Of a stretch of DNA of 64,000 bases, positions 11,421-24,860 are shown piece by piece. Position numbers and translations under genes: made by a program. Source of the DNA: Iphione sp. A-MEVVRFRX5 (Eukaryota); the NCBI GenBank assembly GCA_976226885.1, contig OZ320315.1:50530001-50594000 (forward strand). The letters are read 5' to 3'. The notes under the pieces are model-generated. The model saw only the letters and a program-made list of their open reading frames with translations, ran no database searches and was not told the origin of the DNA. Within the stretch, counting starts at the first letter, position 1; each line of letters begins with the position of its first letter.

Positions 11421-14096
11421 TAATCTAATAGGAAGGTAAAGAGACAATAAAAACTCTGAAAAGATTGATTGTAAAAGCTAGCCCTGAGGTATACTCCAGA
11501 GAGATTTGCTTATGCTGAATAAACAGTAGTATTTGTATAACAGCATAACAGCACTGTCTTATTGTACTGCTTTGATTCTTATCTTTTTTGTGCATTGCTC
11601 TTTTGACGTAGACCATATGTATTTTGATGATAGCATTGTTGTAAGGTATACCAATGAAACACCCTAACTGTTGTATTGCTGGTTTTTCTTAAAATTGCAT
11701 TTCACTGCATTTGTGTATTTGATATAGCTATGAGGAGTGAATAAGACAATTGAATAGAGAAGTTGAAATTCGTGCATTGGGAAATCAAAACGATAATGAA
11801 TGGGGGTTTAAGAACCGTTTTTACATGCAGAGCTTCGAATTCTTGTAGGAAAACATAGACAAAGAAAGAAGGTAAGCAATGTATTTGTATCAATCTGTTG
11901 CCTAATTGACAACCCAGAAACCTGGAGAAGGTTTTTCTTCATTTCATGTTTGACAAACCCATTTGGGCCCCTATCAATTCTCAATTTTAGTGCCTCAAAA
12001 TTCATTGAACTTGACAATTGTATTGGAAAGTGGATGAAAGGATGTCATCTTGTATTATCGCTTCTTCATCCATATTTACTTTATCATAATGAATAATTCC
12101 TAAACACAATTTATTGGATAAATATACGATTGACTTATCGTTGTGAGGCGTGGGCATTGTCCCACCTTAGTTGCTTTCGACAGCTACGGCTACTAATACC
12201 TATGAACATTTCCTAGCTTTACATGACTTGCATTATGCAGCAAGGATGTGTACTTGTGTAATATGTGTCACTGGCTGTATCGGTCTAAGATAAAGTGAGA
12301 CAATGTCCAGGCTTCCAAGAGTGTGTATGTACTTTTGCAGTGCCAAGGTTGAATAAAACTTCCGCTGTCTCCATCTCGATACCTCATTTCAGAAAATAAA
12401 TGCGAATTATTTGTCTTACATTATTTTCTTTATCACGAAATTTGATTTCCTACTGTTCTGTCCCTTTCATTTGTGTACAGACGAGGGTTTGCAGTGACAT
12501 GTAACCTTCTGCTGATACCATGCAGGAAACGCGACAGATCGAAAGCAAGGAACTTTATTTGGCAATTTATATTCCTATAAATGCTGCATTCTATTGTATA
12601 AAACGTCTAATGCAACAGCCAGGCATATAGTACATGTAACAGGTATTAGTTTGGTACATGCAGTTGGTGTCATTTGTGGACGGCGGAGTAAGTGAAATAG
12701 TTCTCAGCTTGTAAAAGCATTTCCAAGAGAAATCAGGTCTACCTTAAGCTGTATGGACATAATATGCAATAGCTACAACTCACTTAGCGGCCAGCATGAA
12801 TGCTTGGGTTCAAGATACGTCACAAGCATTAATTCTTCCTTTTAATAAACTCTACCCATCTCTGGCTAGCGATCAATAAGGAGGACAGATCAGGAATGTG
12901 GATAGTCGGAGATGCAACTCAAGGATGTCCGTATAGTGACAATGCCTATTGTTTTGTCATTGATTTACCAGAGAAGAGTTGAGAATAGCATTGCACATGT
13001 TGACACGACGAGAGTTTCGTCAAGGAATCATTCACATGGCAGGATGCATTGTTTCGCTTAAATGACTGCGCTTAAGGCATCCGCATTGTAACTCCGCTTA
13101 AGGCACCCGCCAGCGTGACTGATAATTCTATTGCAGCACACCAGGTGGCGTAAAGATAATCAATAGTACGCTTCCATCGTCAAGATGTATATGAATCACA
13201 TTGAATCGTTCCAGCATGGCTGCTGTTCTCATTTTGTTTGGGCAGACGAAGATTTATTTAGGTTTCATTTTCCTCGCTGTGAAGCAAAAAGCCACCCACC
13301 TTCTAAATGCAACGTGCTCCGCTCAGACGAAAGCCATACAACTGTTCATGTGATGAATTCTCGTGTTTTAATAGCCCTTGCCAAGCTTCCTTCTGCTTGC
13401 CGTCATATCCAACCAGGACAACACGTATGAGGACGGAAATAATTTCTATAGCCGCCGTATTTAAATGACATCGTGAATGAGATGTTAGGAGGTTTCATTA
13501 TCTTGAAATGTTTTGTTTGAACGGAGATTAATATATATGATTGTGAAGGAACAAAATTAACCCTTAATATCGCAATTGATTTCAAAAGAACACAATTACC
13601 ACTGTTATTTGATAAGAGTTCCATGGAAATACCAAGAAGATTTTCAGGCCGCTGTCCCACACTAGTTCTCATTGATTGAAGATGGACATTAATAATACAT
13701 ATTAGTGTTTCTCATTGTGGTTATGCTGAGCAAGTAATTGGTGATTTCTTCAAAAAGATGTTTTGACTTAGCCGCTTTGCAAAAAAAGGCCAACAGTTGT
13801 CCTGCGATGGATATAGTGAGAGACAGATGTTCTGTCTAACAAAACAGCTAGCTTGGTGATGGATTCCACTCTTCAATGATAAACAAAAGAAGAGCAGGCC
13901 ACCAACTGATCAATCATCCAAACCTTTTTCCTAGCGTTGTGTCCCTTCCTCTGAATGGCTGGATTCATTTCCTATCACACTGACATTACTCGGTGCAGTG
14001 CAAGTTGAAACCCGCTTCGCTCTGGTCCCATTAGCTGCTCCTTTTCCTTTGTAAACATTGCATGCATTCAGAGAAGAGTGTAGACTGTCATTGTTA

Positions 14097-14116
14097 CTCT
14101 CTCTCTCCTCTCTCCT

Positions 14117-14169
<53 letters not shown>

Positions 14170-14176
14170 CTATCTA
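14097..14176. repeat. Compound microsatellite (CT)n(CTAT)n
   Basis: Direct inspection. Confidence 0.95.
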
Positions 14177-14387
14177 CTGTCAGAATTTCTTTTATAGTCG
14201 GTTATTTCACCTGTTCTGGTCCCTGTTTCTTGCTTGCCTTTGTAGTCAGGTTCATTGTCGGGACAAATGCCACTTACACTTTGAAAGGATAGTTCCCACA
14301 TGTGTACAAAACATTGAATTTCATCAAGTGGTGGTATTTTTATATTTCATACACATACATATATTAATGTAGATGTAAATATAGCGG

Positions 14388-14450
14388 TAATGATTATGGT
14401 AATGATGATGATGATTATGACGACGACGACGACGATGACGGTGATGATGG
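14388..14450. repeat. Degenerate (GAT)n/(GAC)n trinucleotide repeat
   Basis: aatgatgatgatgattatgacgacgacgacgacgatgacggtgatgatgg. Confidence 0.85.
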
Positions 14451-17400
14451 TTGTAAGGTGTGTCTGAAATAGATGTCCCAAAGCCAATAGATATACATGT
14501 ACCTTTAAGGAGGAGTAGGTTGTCTGTGTGATAGAACCTCAGAGATATTGTTTACCCCTCCCCCCCCCAACATGATACGGGATACCAGTAAGGATGGAAT
14601 GCCGTCTATTGACTCTTTTACTGCGCATAGTACCATTTTCAGAATCAATCCCCTTAGTTTGGAAGTTGCTTCTCACTCAAAAACATAATGCTATTGGCTA
14701 CTGAATGGTTCATGATACACTCTCTGATATTTACTATTCATTATTTTGATGATGTGCCCTATTGAAATATTGGTCTAAACTACGGGACGGTCGTCAGCTG
14801 CGTATCGCTGGCAAGTAAACATGTTGATACTGAAGTATCCCCTCTGACATAAGACTAGTTTCGCAGTAAGGGTGGTCATCTGCACTCTCGGTTCTGCGAT
14901 TTCAAAAGGAAATTACATTTCCTTGCATCAGGCATGTTCTTTAGAAGTCATTGCCCGTGAGAACGTCACGAAAAATGGATCGTCCCCCATGTCTTATTCT
15001 TGTTTCCAAACAGTTGCTGTTGGTAGTGTAAGCGATGAACCTGTGTACATTCAAATATCACAGGAAATCTTGGTCTGAAATCCTTTTCATCAACCAGCTT
15101 AGATAATGAAAGTAATTCTTAAAATAATAAGAATGGTATTGCATTTGTGTAATACATGTCTTTGTATACCGAATAGATACAGGCTGATTACCATGGCACT
15201 ATATACTTAGATGTATTTCACATTAGAATCTGGACAGGGAAAACTACCTAAAACACACTATGGGTTTAGACTCTCCTTAAGGATTGAGTCACTCTCTCGC
15301 GTGTGTCTGGGTGGGAATGGCATGCATGAACGAAACGTTCGAAGTAAAGGACATTTGGACGTTTTAGTGTATATTTGCTTATTCGGAGGAAAACACGAGT
15401 TTTAAGGTTTTAAAAAGCTTTGAGGATTGACTTATGCTCCAGGCAAACCTGCCTTTGCAGTCGGTTCATAAGGAGCATCGGTAGATGTTCCTCAGATGTT
15501 ATGATGTAGATTCCAAGGAACTTCAGGTAAGACGGTGAGCTCATCTGGGTTAACGACTATGAAAGCGGTTAGTTGGTTGTGACCTAAATATTCTTCCAAT
15601 ATTGAAACAGATGATGTCAGTTGCCGTATTCTATTAGCTCGTGTTTTCTGGAACAAATGTATTCATACAGAACAGGTGGATAAGTAATAACTTGTAATAT
15701 TTCTACTTAATAAGTAAACCGGTACACAATTGACAGAAGTAGAGGTAATAACTCCTTGTCTTCAGGATGAAATACAGCCAACTCCATTGAATAAGAAATA
15801 CCTTTCTTTTCTGGCAAGGGGTTTACAATTGCAACGAATTGTAAAATTATGGTGTGAAGCAATTTTCAAACCGCCATTAAAATCACCCCCAATGAAAACG
15901 GGGAAAAATATATTTTCTGCCATGATAACAATCTGCACTTCTCTGATATGTCATATATCATCACTACGGACATGCTTTTATGGAACACTGACTGAGGGAT
16001 ATACCACTTAGTGCTGACCCTTCAGGTGTTGTTCTTGACCGTGTACCTTAATGCATGTGTCTGGAGCAGGTTTCGATACAGTGCTCTTAGTGCACATTCC
16101 CCAGCCGCCTCCAACCCGATGGTTAATTAAGGGACGTCATCGGGGTGGCCCTCACTAACTGGCCTGCGGGCTTTAACCTTCTCAGTCTTGTCGCGGATGA
16201 CGCTCGGTGCCACTGGAGGGCGCTTAGGATCACGGGCTCAGCTGGTGCAGGTGACCACGCCTGCCCGTGTGACCACGGCCACCAGCAAAGTACTACTTCG
16301 GGCGCCCGTATCCCCCTCCTTCTTCAGCGCTGACAGTCGTTCCAGGCACGGTCGGCCAGAACGTGAGCTTAGGAGAAACCACAAATAGGCGTCAAAACAA
16401 GGGATCACTTAAAAACGACAGGCATATCTGTACATCTTCACAAATCCTTATGCAACGGCTGCTCAGATACCTTTAAAGTTTGAGTAATGCAGGTTTTGAA
16501 AAAAATATTTGACACCAACTGAGGAAAGCGGTGTTTTATTTTGTGTCATGACAAAATTATCATACATACTTTATATTTACGTTGCCTCATACGTGCATGC
16601 GCTCATATGTGTGTGAATATACGTATATATGTATAGATTTCCATGCATCATTATACTTTCTTAACATGTCGAAGCACCAGATGATGAGGACTGTGGTCCT
16701 TTTGAAGTCAGACACAAGCTACCTGTAACTCAGAATCTGTAAACACTTCACACCTTGACACCTACCATTTAATTGTTCATTATCTTGAACTTTTCTGGAC
16801 GTTCCCCATCTTTTGGATCCTGGTTTCATGACGTCACTTAAGCTTGTATTCAAATAATATTTTCGCACCCAATCAAATATCATCATCGTATAAATATATT
16901 TTCCGCCTGAATACGTTTCCTGTTAACACACTTAAGAGGGCAAAGTTTAGATGAGTTCGTTACATCTCCCTAATGGAGGCCATTCTATTACCTGGGAAAC
17001 TGAACGAAATAATTAAGGATGTCACTCTTTAAGAAATCTTCATTGTTAAATTCTTGTGAGATCTGTTTGATACAAAAGGCAGCCTTCATGTTATTCGTAC
17101 TGCTTAGGAGACTGTCAAAGCGAGACCTTTCTCCACATCGGAGGCCTACTGCTAGAAGAAAAACGAGAGAAATAATTAAGGATGTCATTTTTCTGAAGTC
17201 ATCTTCATTGTTAACTACTTATTTAAGGTCTATGAGACAAACTATCTGTGGAAAGATCGTAGGGCCGAATTTATTTCATGCTGCTTGACGCTATTTGTCT
17301 CGGTGCCTTCTTTTATTTCATGACTTAATGATGCAGGCAAGTCTGCTAATGGGAATGATAGAATGGCGAAGGCCAAGCATCAATGTACAAGGCTAAATTG

Positions 17401-17828
17401 ACTTCTTTTCTTGCTTGTTTGCGTGCACCCTATTCACTGAGCAAGACAAAGGCATTTCACAAAATCGTGGTCGATTAAGTCAATGCTGTCGCCACAGTTC
17501 CATACCCGATGATAATGTAGTAACACAATATTGCGCGTCATATGTGTGTAGACGAGGGAAGCATCTCTGGTGGTGTGCCCCATCTGCAGGCTCATACATT
17601 GTTTTCCTGCAGACCGATCCGGTTGCTTGGCGCATTATGACAGCATTATGTCATTGCGGTTGCGTGTTAGCCAAGCGCCTGTGGCGACTGACCAGTGACC
17701 CGTCACACGAGACGCCCCCGCCAGAACATCTCCTACCAACTCTATTCCTGGACGGCTGCCGCAGATTCCCGGCCCGGTAACGAGAAAATGCTTTTTCCAG
17801 GAACATGAAAGTCTTTTCGGAGAGTAAA

Positions 17829-18281
17829 TTTCAAGCCATGCAGATAAACAAGTGACAGTCAGGACGTCTCGATTACGGCATGACTGAAATTATATATATT
17901 CTACTTAGTTACATGTACACGACAATAGCTTACTTGCATACATTACCGTTTACGGATTTTTTTCTACACATACTCCAGCTTTCAAGCCATGCAGATAGAC
18001 AAGTGACAGTCAGGACGTCTCGATTACGGCATGACTGAAATTATATATATTCTACTTAGTTACATGTACACGACAATAGCTTACTTGCATACATTACCGT
18101 TTACGGATTTTTTTCTACACATACTCCAGCTTTCAAGCCATGCAGATAGACAAGTGACAGTCAGGATGTCTCGATTATGGCATGACTGAAATTATATATA
18201 TTCTACTTAGTTACATGTACACGACAATAGCTTACTTGCATACATTACCGTTTACGGAATTTTTTCTACACATACTCCAGC
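17829..18281 (+). repeat. Tandem repeat, 3 x 151 bp, near-identical copies
   Basis: Units start at 17829, 17980 and 18131 (tttcaagccatgcagat...catactccagc). I count four substitutions among the copies and no indels. Confidence 0.97.
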
Positions 18282-20161
18282 TGAACCTCTGATGCCTTTT
18301 TTCGAGAAGCGGGCGGGGAGGGGGGGGGGGTAATTGGAGTTTCTGTTCGCTGCTTTTTATTGCAAGTCCTTCGTGTTAGGGTCATACTGTTTCTTATTCT
18401 TGCACTGATCGACTCTTACTGCCATCTAAGGAGACAAGGAGACAGATTCTAATAAAGATAATACAATAAGAATTGTTACCGAGCAGATGATAGTTATAAC
18501 GTATTTTATTCTGGAAACGGGTGAGGCTCTTCACTGAGCAGAAAATATACAATCGTCTTTTGTCCTACCAAGCGGATGACCAAGAGAAACCAGATAGAAA
18601 TTCACTCTGGTGTGAGCTTTGCCACGCGGATGTTATATTCAATTCAATCAGAGCAATCTCTTTGGTAAAAGATCGCGTATTATAATTTATTGCACTAAGA
18701 CAAGGCCTTCGATCCAGATTCAGGGTGGCCATGTCTCTCCAAAAATTCGAAATATCACTAATTCAAGATGTGTCATACCTGGGGAGAAGCGGTCAATAAT
18801 TAACCCAACTACCTACTTGCTTCGTGTCATTATAAGTCCCAGGTCTTGAGCGTCTAGGCTCAGGACGCTGGAAAGGTGAGTGTTGTGACCTTTGGTATTA
18901 ACTGTGAACCAGACATCATTCTACAAACGTTCGCTTCCAAGGAGAAATAGTCCAGGCACTATTACGCCGTCAGTGAACAAACAAGGTAAAGGCCGACGTT
19001 AATTTAGGGCTTTATTAATGGGGTTCTCACATGAGCCAACTGAAAGGCAGGCGCCTCCAGTTCTCGTATCCCACCCCAAGGGACGCGGGCATTCGCCCAA
19101 ATACATGTAATGTAAAATTAAGCGAAGCAATTTATTTGATTGGCCAAACATCGTAAAGTTTCTCGGAATACAAGAAGTGAAGAGCCACTTTGGCCGATAT
19201 TCTGGCAGCTCCTATATCAGTTAAGTCATGCAATTAGGAGAAGACGCAGTTATTTGATGAAGTAGCAACATTTATTTTGGAGTGCACTCGATTCGTGTCA
19301 TGTAAAACCACTATTTCTATACTGTTCTTACATATGATGTCAATGAATTCATGGCACTATTATTTAAAATTATTTGCCGTGTTCTTGTATCATCAGGTTC
19401 TATTTCCACAGCGATGACCGCAAAACCATTGATGACACAATAGCTGTGCCTACAAAGTATCCCATACACGTTAAGAAACATACAAATTCGTGTCTTTATT
19501 CAAGCGAAATCATAATAGAAAGTTACATTGTAACATGCACCGGTGTATTGTTACAGACTGGCCCGAGTTTTCGAAGGCCAAATAAAACAGAGAGAACTTG
19601 TGTGATTGTAATATTCTCTCCCCAGTAATATTCTCAGATAAACCAATAGTAGTAAAACACGAAACGTTGGTAGTGGAAAGTACATGGAAGCCAGAAAATA
19701 TCAACCATTGAATCGTGTTCAAATATTACTCATATGTTTCAAAAAGTACCATTTATTGAATCTGCCATTAAATTAATTTGTCTTTTTGTGATCATCGAAT
19801 TCTGTCATAACAATATCAATATAAAGACCTTTTAACTCTTGTACAATGTGTCCATTTGTATCTGTCTTGGTGTTTTCATTATTTTCTCGCTAGTGACAAA
19901 TTATTCACAATATTGCATCCTTATTTGAATACTTCTGGAGTGATCCCATTATCTACTCTATTTGAAATTTCGTGCGTGCTGCGACCCTTTTTGTGTTTCT
20001 GTTGATCTCTGTAGGTGTATTCATATGTAGGAAACTCTAACGTACAAAATGTCTTGAAACAAGGATTTTGCTCCTATATTTCCCTAATTCTTGATAATTG
20101 AAAAGATAATTCCGAATATCTCTGGTCTCTACTTAAGATCCGATGCCTTGTCTTTTTACAG

Positions 20162-21016
20162 AACAAGTACTACCAAGATATGCAACATGGGATTCTGGAA
20201 GCTGTAGACGTATGGAGAGACGAATGCACCCAGGCTATTATCGACACCAGCCCACTCGCGCGCACCTTCCCAACGCTGGCTTCTAAGACTCCAATCTTGA
20301 CACATACAAAACGTGATGTTCCCATTGCCATCACACCCCCCTTGCTGCCCTCCTGTATTAAGCACGACCGAGGTGAGGGTGACGGTGGCACAGGTCTATC
20401 TGGTCCACCTGCCGAACTTAAATTGTCCCTGTTTACAGTCAGACAGCCGCAGTTGGGTTCAGGTATGGCTACAAAGGCGCAACAAGTGATAAGAGACAGA
20501 ACAGAAGACGACGTCGATGACAACGTTGCTGCAGGAACGCGGGACAAAATACAGACCGTCCCTGTTTATAGCAGACAAGACTGCATACCAAAGAGGCAGA
20601 CGAACCTTAACATTAAACTGTCAAGTCCCTCCCGTCCCGGTACCCCAATACCCTCCGATGGCTACCTAGTGGCTCCGAAATGTTCCCTGTTAAAGGACAA
20701 CCGTGCGTGCTTCATGGGCATACCTCATACGGAGAGAGGGGAACTCGAACAGGCTGCCATCAAGTCTACCGGAGGCCCTCCTTCTGGCGCGGTATCTACC
20801 TCACCAGTCGGTACACCAGTGAACAGTACTGACGAGGAGGATGCTTGTCTCCCTCCGACCAGCACTCCTTCTGCGAGCGCGAGCAGCTCAGAGCGACTCG
20901 AGCAGGCGGTTAGCGTGACGGGCCCTGGTCGAGATAAGTTGGAGAAGAAGACCTACAAGACGGTGATGAACATATCGCTTAGTCTGCAGGCCGCCTCTAA
21001 GGAAGAGGTCGTGTGA
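20162..21016 (+). CDS. Putative terminal coding exon of a spliced gene (284 codons + stop); S/P/T-rich, probably disordered C-terminal region; product unidentified
   Basis: Longest ORF in the window (ORF track 20180-21016). It extends in frame to a good acceptor (gtctttttacAG at 20160-20161), giving a phase-0 start NKYYQDMQHGILEAVDVW... and ending ...SLQAASKEEVV-TGA. It is followed by AT-rich UTR-like sequence. No upstream exon could be assigned confidently in the window. Confidence 0.7.
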   Translation, partial: NKYYQDMQHGILEAVDVWRDECTQAIIDTSPLARTFPTLASKTPILTHTKRDVPIAITPPLLPSCIKHDRGEGDGGTGLSGPPAELKLSLFTVRQPQLGSGMATKAQQVIRDRTEDDVDDNVAAGTRDKIQTVPVYSRQDCIPKRQTNLNIKLSSPSRPGTPIPSDGYLVAPKCSLLKDNRACFMGIPHTERGELEQAAIKSTGGPPSGAVSTSPVGTPVNSTDEEDACLPPTSTPSASASSSERLEQAVSVTGPGRDKLEKKTYKTVMNISLSLQAASKEEVV

Positions 21017-22482
21017 CGTCGGCGGGCCGAGGGGTGCTGTAACTAATGGGGGGCTTACAGGCGACATGCCGCACAAGCTGCCACGTCCAGTCACTCTCCT
21101 CCAGCTTCTCCCCCTGACAGCGCCGGCAGTAGCACGCCCCGGCCCTTGACAGTCTAATACACAAAGAACTGTGTTTCTCCGACAACCGATATGAACGATG
21201 TCCTGATGTCAACCATAGCCTACTGGCCCAGGTGGGACGAGCGCCACCTCTTGAGTCATGTTCGGCTGAAATAGCTCGCGCCATCCGTCAATAGTGTGTT
21301 CCTCGCCCATTCGAGCTGATATTGTACCCAAGGAAGTCTCTTTTGTAGTTTGCATCGACGAAGATAACTTTTAACATTAATCATGTCTGACTTGTGGTAT
21401 TTTCCCTAAGTGACGATAGTGAATGCATACGTTTGTACATGTGTATTCAACACAGACACGAAGGTGCGTTTGCTCCATTTGAATAGGCCGAATCTAATTA
21501 TATACGTGTAGATGCAGGTATACACATTTTCTTCTGCTGTGGAGAATAATGTGCCTGTATTGATTAAATTTTTAGATCTGTTCACAAATATCTAGGAATA
21601 GACGAGTTGGTTCATCTCCACATCAGTGAAGTTACATGTACAATATCGTCACTTTTTTTTTAATCATATGGGTGTCATCGTGTACATAAAAATAGATATT
21701 TTGTGCACGCAGTATTAACAGATGGATCTAGTCATTGTTTTCCTAGCGTTATTACATGTACTTCATTGCAACACAAATTGATATACAAGATACATTCATG
21801 TTCTTAATTGTATTTGTAACCATATATCACGACGTTTACCATTTGATATCCCAATCATTTAGAACATCAAGAGTACATTTGATATGAACCACATACAGTG
21901 TTGACCTCGGCGTTCTGTCTTGATTGTTATCTATTGTTTCAATTACGAAGCCAATAATCACACATGATTACGATAACCCGATCCGCCGCCAACCCTCACC
22001 TCTGTTTTATGCACATGTCTACCTCACCCTATCACTATACACATAGGAGAGGTAAAAGATGGGAAATCACCAATAAACATAAGGTGCCTGAGGAGGGGGA
22101 GAACTATGACCAAAGCATTGCTGTACAATTTAGAATAATTTCATGTCCAAACATCCAGTCACGGTTTTCCTTCACTGCTCTAGGCTATCCATACATATAT
22201 GTTAAATGATTTTTAAGAAATCGGTATTTAAAAATGCTGTATAAGGATAGCAGCGATAGTACAATTCTGAAATTCTATATCCTAATGAGCAATAAGGGAA
22301 GAGTGGTGAAAAGCGTTTTGTTTTCGAATAGCTCCTAAAGCAATTCGTATTCTCTTTCAAATCAAGTTAATGTCTTGCACCATAAACATTCATTGTAACA
22401 TTTCAGATTATGCTCTTCACAACAGTCTAAAAGATGTAAACACGTAATGTGTGGTGAGTACCTTCCAAAAATATTCAATAAA
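21017..22482 (+). other. Putative 3' UTR with candidate poly(A) signals
   Basis: Follows the stop at 21016. ATTAAA at 21563-21568, AATAAA at 22072-22077 and 22477-22482, a T-run at about 21652-21661, and a Pumilio-type TGTACATA at 21681-21688. The true cleavage site is unknown. Confidence 0.35.
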
Positions 22483-23519
22483 TCATCATCGGTTAGGGGT
22501 CCATGCCTACTCTGAGACAGAGCCTCAATGATTTATTATTATTAACCTTATTTAGACTGGCATTTATCATACAACTTGGTATTCACCGCCAGGTTATTTT
22601 ATCATAGTAGATAGTGATAAACATTTCAGAAAACAAATTAGTGTTAGTAATAAGTATGCTTAATATATGATTCATTACTTGGGCCGGGGTATATAGTTAC
22701 AGTCTGTTATCTTTTATCAATAGTACTGCAGTCGGGGGTTAGACAACGTCCTTTTCCACTTATATTTCATCTATGTCATCAATATTAATTTAATTTAATT
22801 TAGATATAAATTAATTTAGATATAAATTACATGGTTTATAGACAACATCCTTTTCATCGACACAGCTGACACAATTAGGTTCTAACACTAAGTCATGATA
22901 CAAAATAATTGGCAGCATAACATATCCCACGCCATCGATTGCTAAATCATACCATAAGCAAACTGTACACCGACCGACTTAGACTTCGGCTCCCGAGGAT
23001 GTACAGTCTGCAAAACCCTGTAAGTTTTACAGTTAATAATGAAACTAATCCAATGTATTTTTTCGCCACACGTCATGTAGATCAATCGGGTGGAAACAGA
23101 AATATCCCTGTTTGGATAGGGGAATGGCGCAAGTCGATTGTGGTCTAAATCAGTAGTGAAATATGATTGCAATTAGTTAATTTCTATGATAAGCTCATTC
23201 ATTGGCAGTCCGACAAGGATTGGGCGGAAGGGATTTTGCAATATCCATGCATTTTTAAGTCCCTGAAACTACAAACTGAATAATTTTATATGAGAGAGAT
23301 GCTGAATATCTGAAATGATTGACATCTGACTCGGTAATAAGGCGTACGTGTTAGGAGCTGCCGAGCCAATAATATACATGGACATTGTCTATGTATATAG
23401 AGTCTTTTTGCATGGCGTCCGATACAACGCACGTGTAAATGTGAATGATACGGGAAATCGAAATCCAGTTTGGGGGCATACCTCAATAATCGTATGCAAA
23501 TGATCTCACAGAGAGTAGA

Positions 23520-24860
23520 ATTAAGGCGCATGCCCTCACCGCTTTATTGGTCGGCAAGGGTACCGTGCCAACAGCGAAGTGTTAGGTTTCCTTAATCATT
23601 CTGCAGATGCTGTGCTCCGAAGCTTCTTATGCCGCCCCCCCGCTTCCCACTGAACTGAACCTAATAACCCGAACATGGCCACGCGCTGTCTCCCCTGTCA
23701 AGCGGTCAGGTCGCGACCTCCTACATTCGCTTTGAAACTATCAATTGGGCCGCCGCGCTTGCTCGGCATTACTACATTGTTTGTGATCCACTGGCGTTTG
23801 TAAACGATTGCTCGGAGACAGGCCTGTACTTGGTTTGACAAGGGTTGCGAATACATAATGTAAAGACCCCCGCTGTGCGTATCTACGATTACAGGAGGGA
23901 CACGACGCTGTGCTGTATTTACTTCCCTTTGAGACGATGGCATAAAAGAAACTTCTGTGAACGCACGTCGCACAGGGAGGGTCGCCTCTCGCGCCTTGCA
24001 AACCTAGTAGTATACTAAAATGGCGGTTATCCCCGGGTGGTGGCACACCTAAGGAAAGAAAGCTCAACTGAAATCTACTTGGGGGAGTACGATGTGTGAA
24101 AAGGATTGAGTTGAGGTGTTATTGGTGGACCTGCCTAAATGTCCATTACGCATGAAGAAATATTTTATCTGCTTTTGCAAAAGGCTATGTACTAAAATAG
24201 ATAACACAATGCTATCTCCCATCAAACCTATGACACTCTGATGAAGATTCCCCTTTTAGTTTTGTTCAAAGAAGACTGCGAGAAACTAAGTAAAACCCAG
24301 TACACAATGCCTAGAAACTAAATCACGCCTTAATAGTAGCCCCAGGCATTCTTACCATATCCACTGTTAACTGCAAGCTTCACTTGGGATGGTAGTTGAT
24401 CTAATACCGCACCCTGGTGGCCTTTCGCCCACTATTTGGGTGTATCATTTGGGCGTGGCCGAGAGCAAGACTGTGTAAAGGCTAGGACGGGATTAGATCG
24501 GCCAACGGACGGTGCACATGCCAGGCCCGGGGCCAGGTCCCCACATCGTGGCCCGCTCGAGTACACTGATGTATGGGCATCGTGTCGCAAAGTCGGCGAC
24601 CCGTGCGGCACTGTGTTTTAATACAATGATGTGGGTATTACTCGGCACGTTGCAAGCCTGGCACCCTGGCCAACCCTTGCCGTCCCGTCCTTGACTGGCC
24701 ACAGGGCCCCGGTCGACATAATGCCGAACCCTTTGTAAACAGACCAGCGGTGCCTCATGAACTGCACGTTGCTTACGGATGAGAAGACCTCTGTGTTGAC
24801 GCACGCCACCTAATTGATTCGGTCGCCAATGTCGCCGTTAATTAACCGCCGTGTGTGAGA
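23520..24860. promoter_or_regulatory. Pair of CpG-rich non-coding islands (about 23520-24060 and 24410-24860)
   Basis: GC/CpG-rich against AT-rich flanks; only short, non-protein-like ORFs; homeodomain-type TAATTG/TTAATTAA motifs near 24810-24845. Confidence 0.4.

Noticed and set aside
13068-13110. TAAGGCA(C/T) duplicated motif resembling the miR-124 5' end
   Set aside because: Only a short direct repeat (gcttaaggca(t/c)ccgc); the rest of mature miR-124 and a hairpin are absent. No known miRNA (miR-10, let-7, miR-9, miR-1/133, etc.) was recognised in the window.
14509-15276. Possible Kolobok-type element bounded by TTAA|GGAG...CTCC|TTAA
   Set aside because: The inverted match is only about 4-7 bp, too weak to call.
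15496-15526. Candidate small upstream exon (CYDVDSKELQ, strong donor CAG|GTAAGA) in phase with 20162
   Set aside because: The acceptor context is modest and longer versions contain stops; plausible but unsupported.
17613-17776. Candidate exon with a good acceptor and GT donor, one open frame
   Set aside because: Its only open frame ends in phase 2, incompatible with the phase-0 exon at 20162, and the peptide is not recognisable.
18844-18876. Symmetric 33-nt micro-exon candidate with a strong donor (AAG|GTGAGT)
   Set aside because: The open frame is phase 1-1 and does not join the phase-0 terminal exon; no other evidence.
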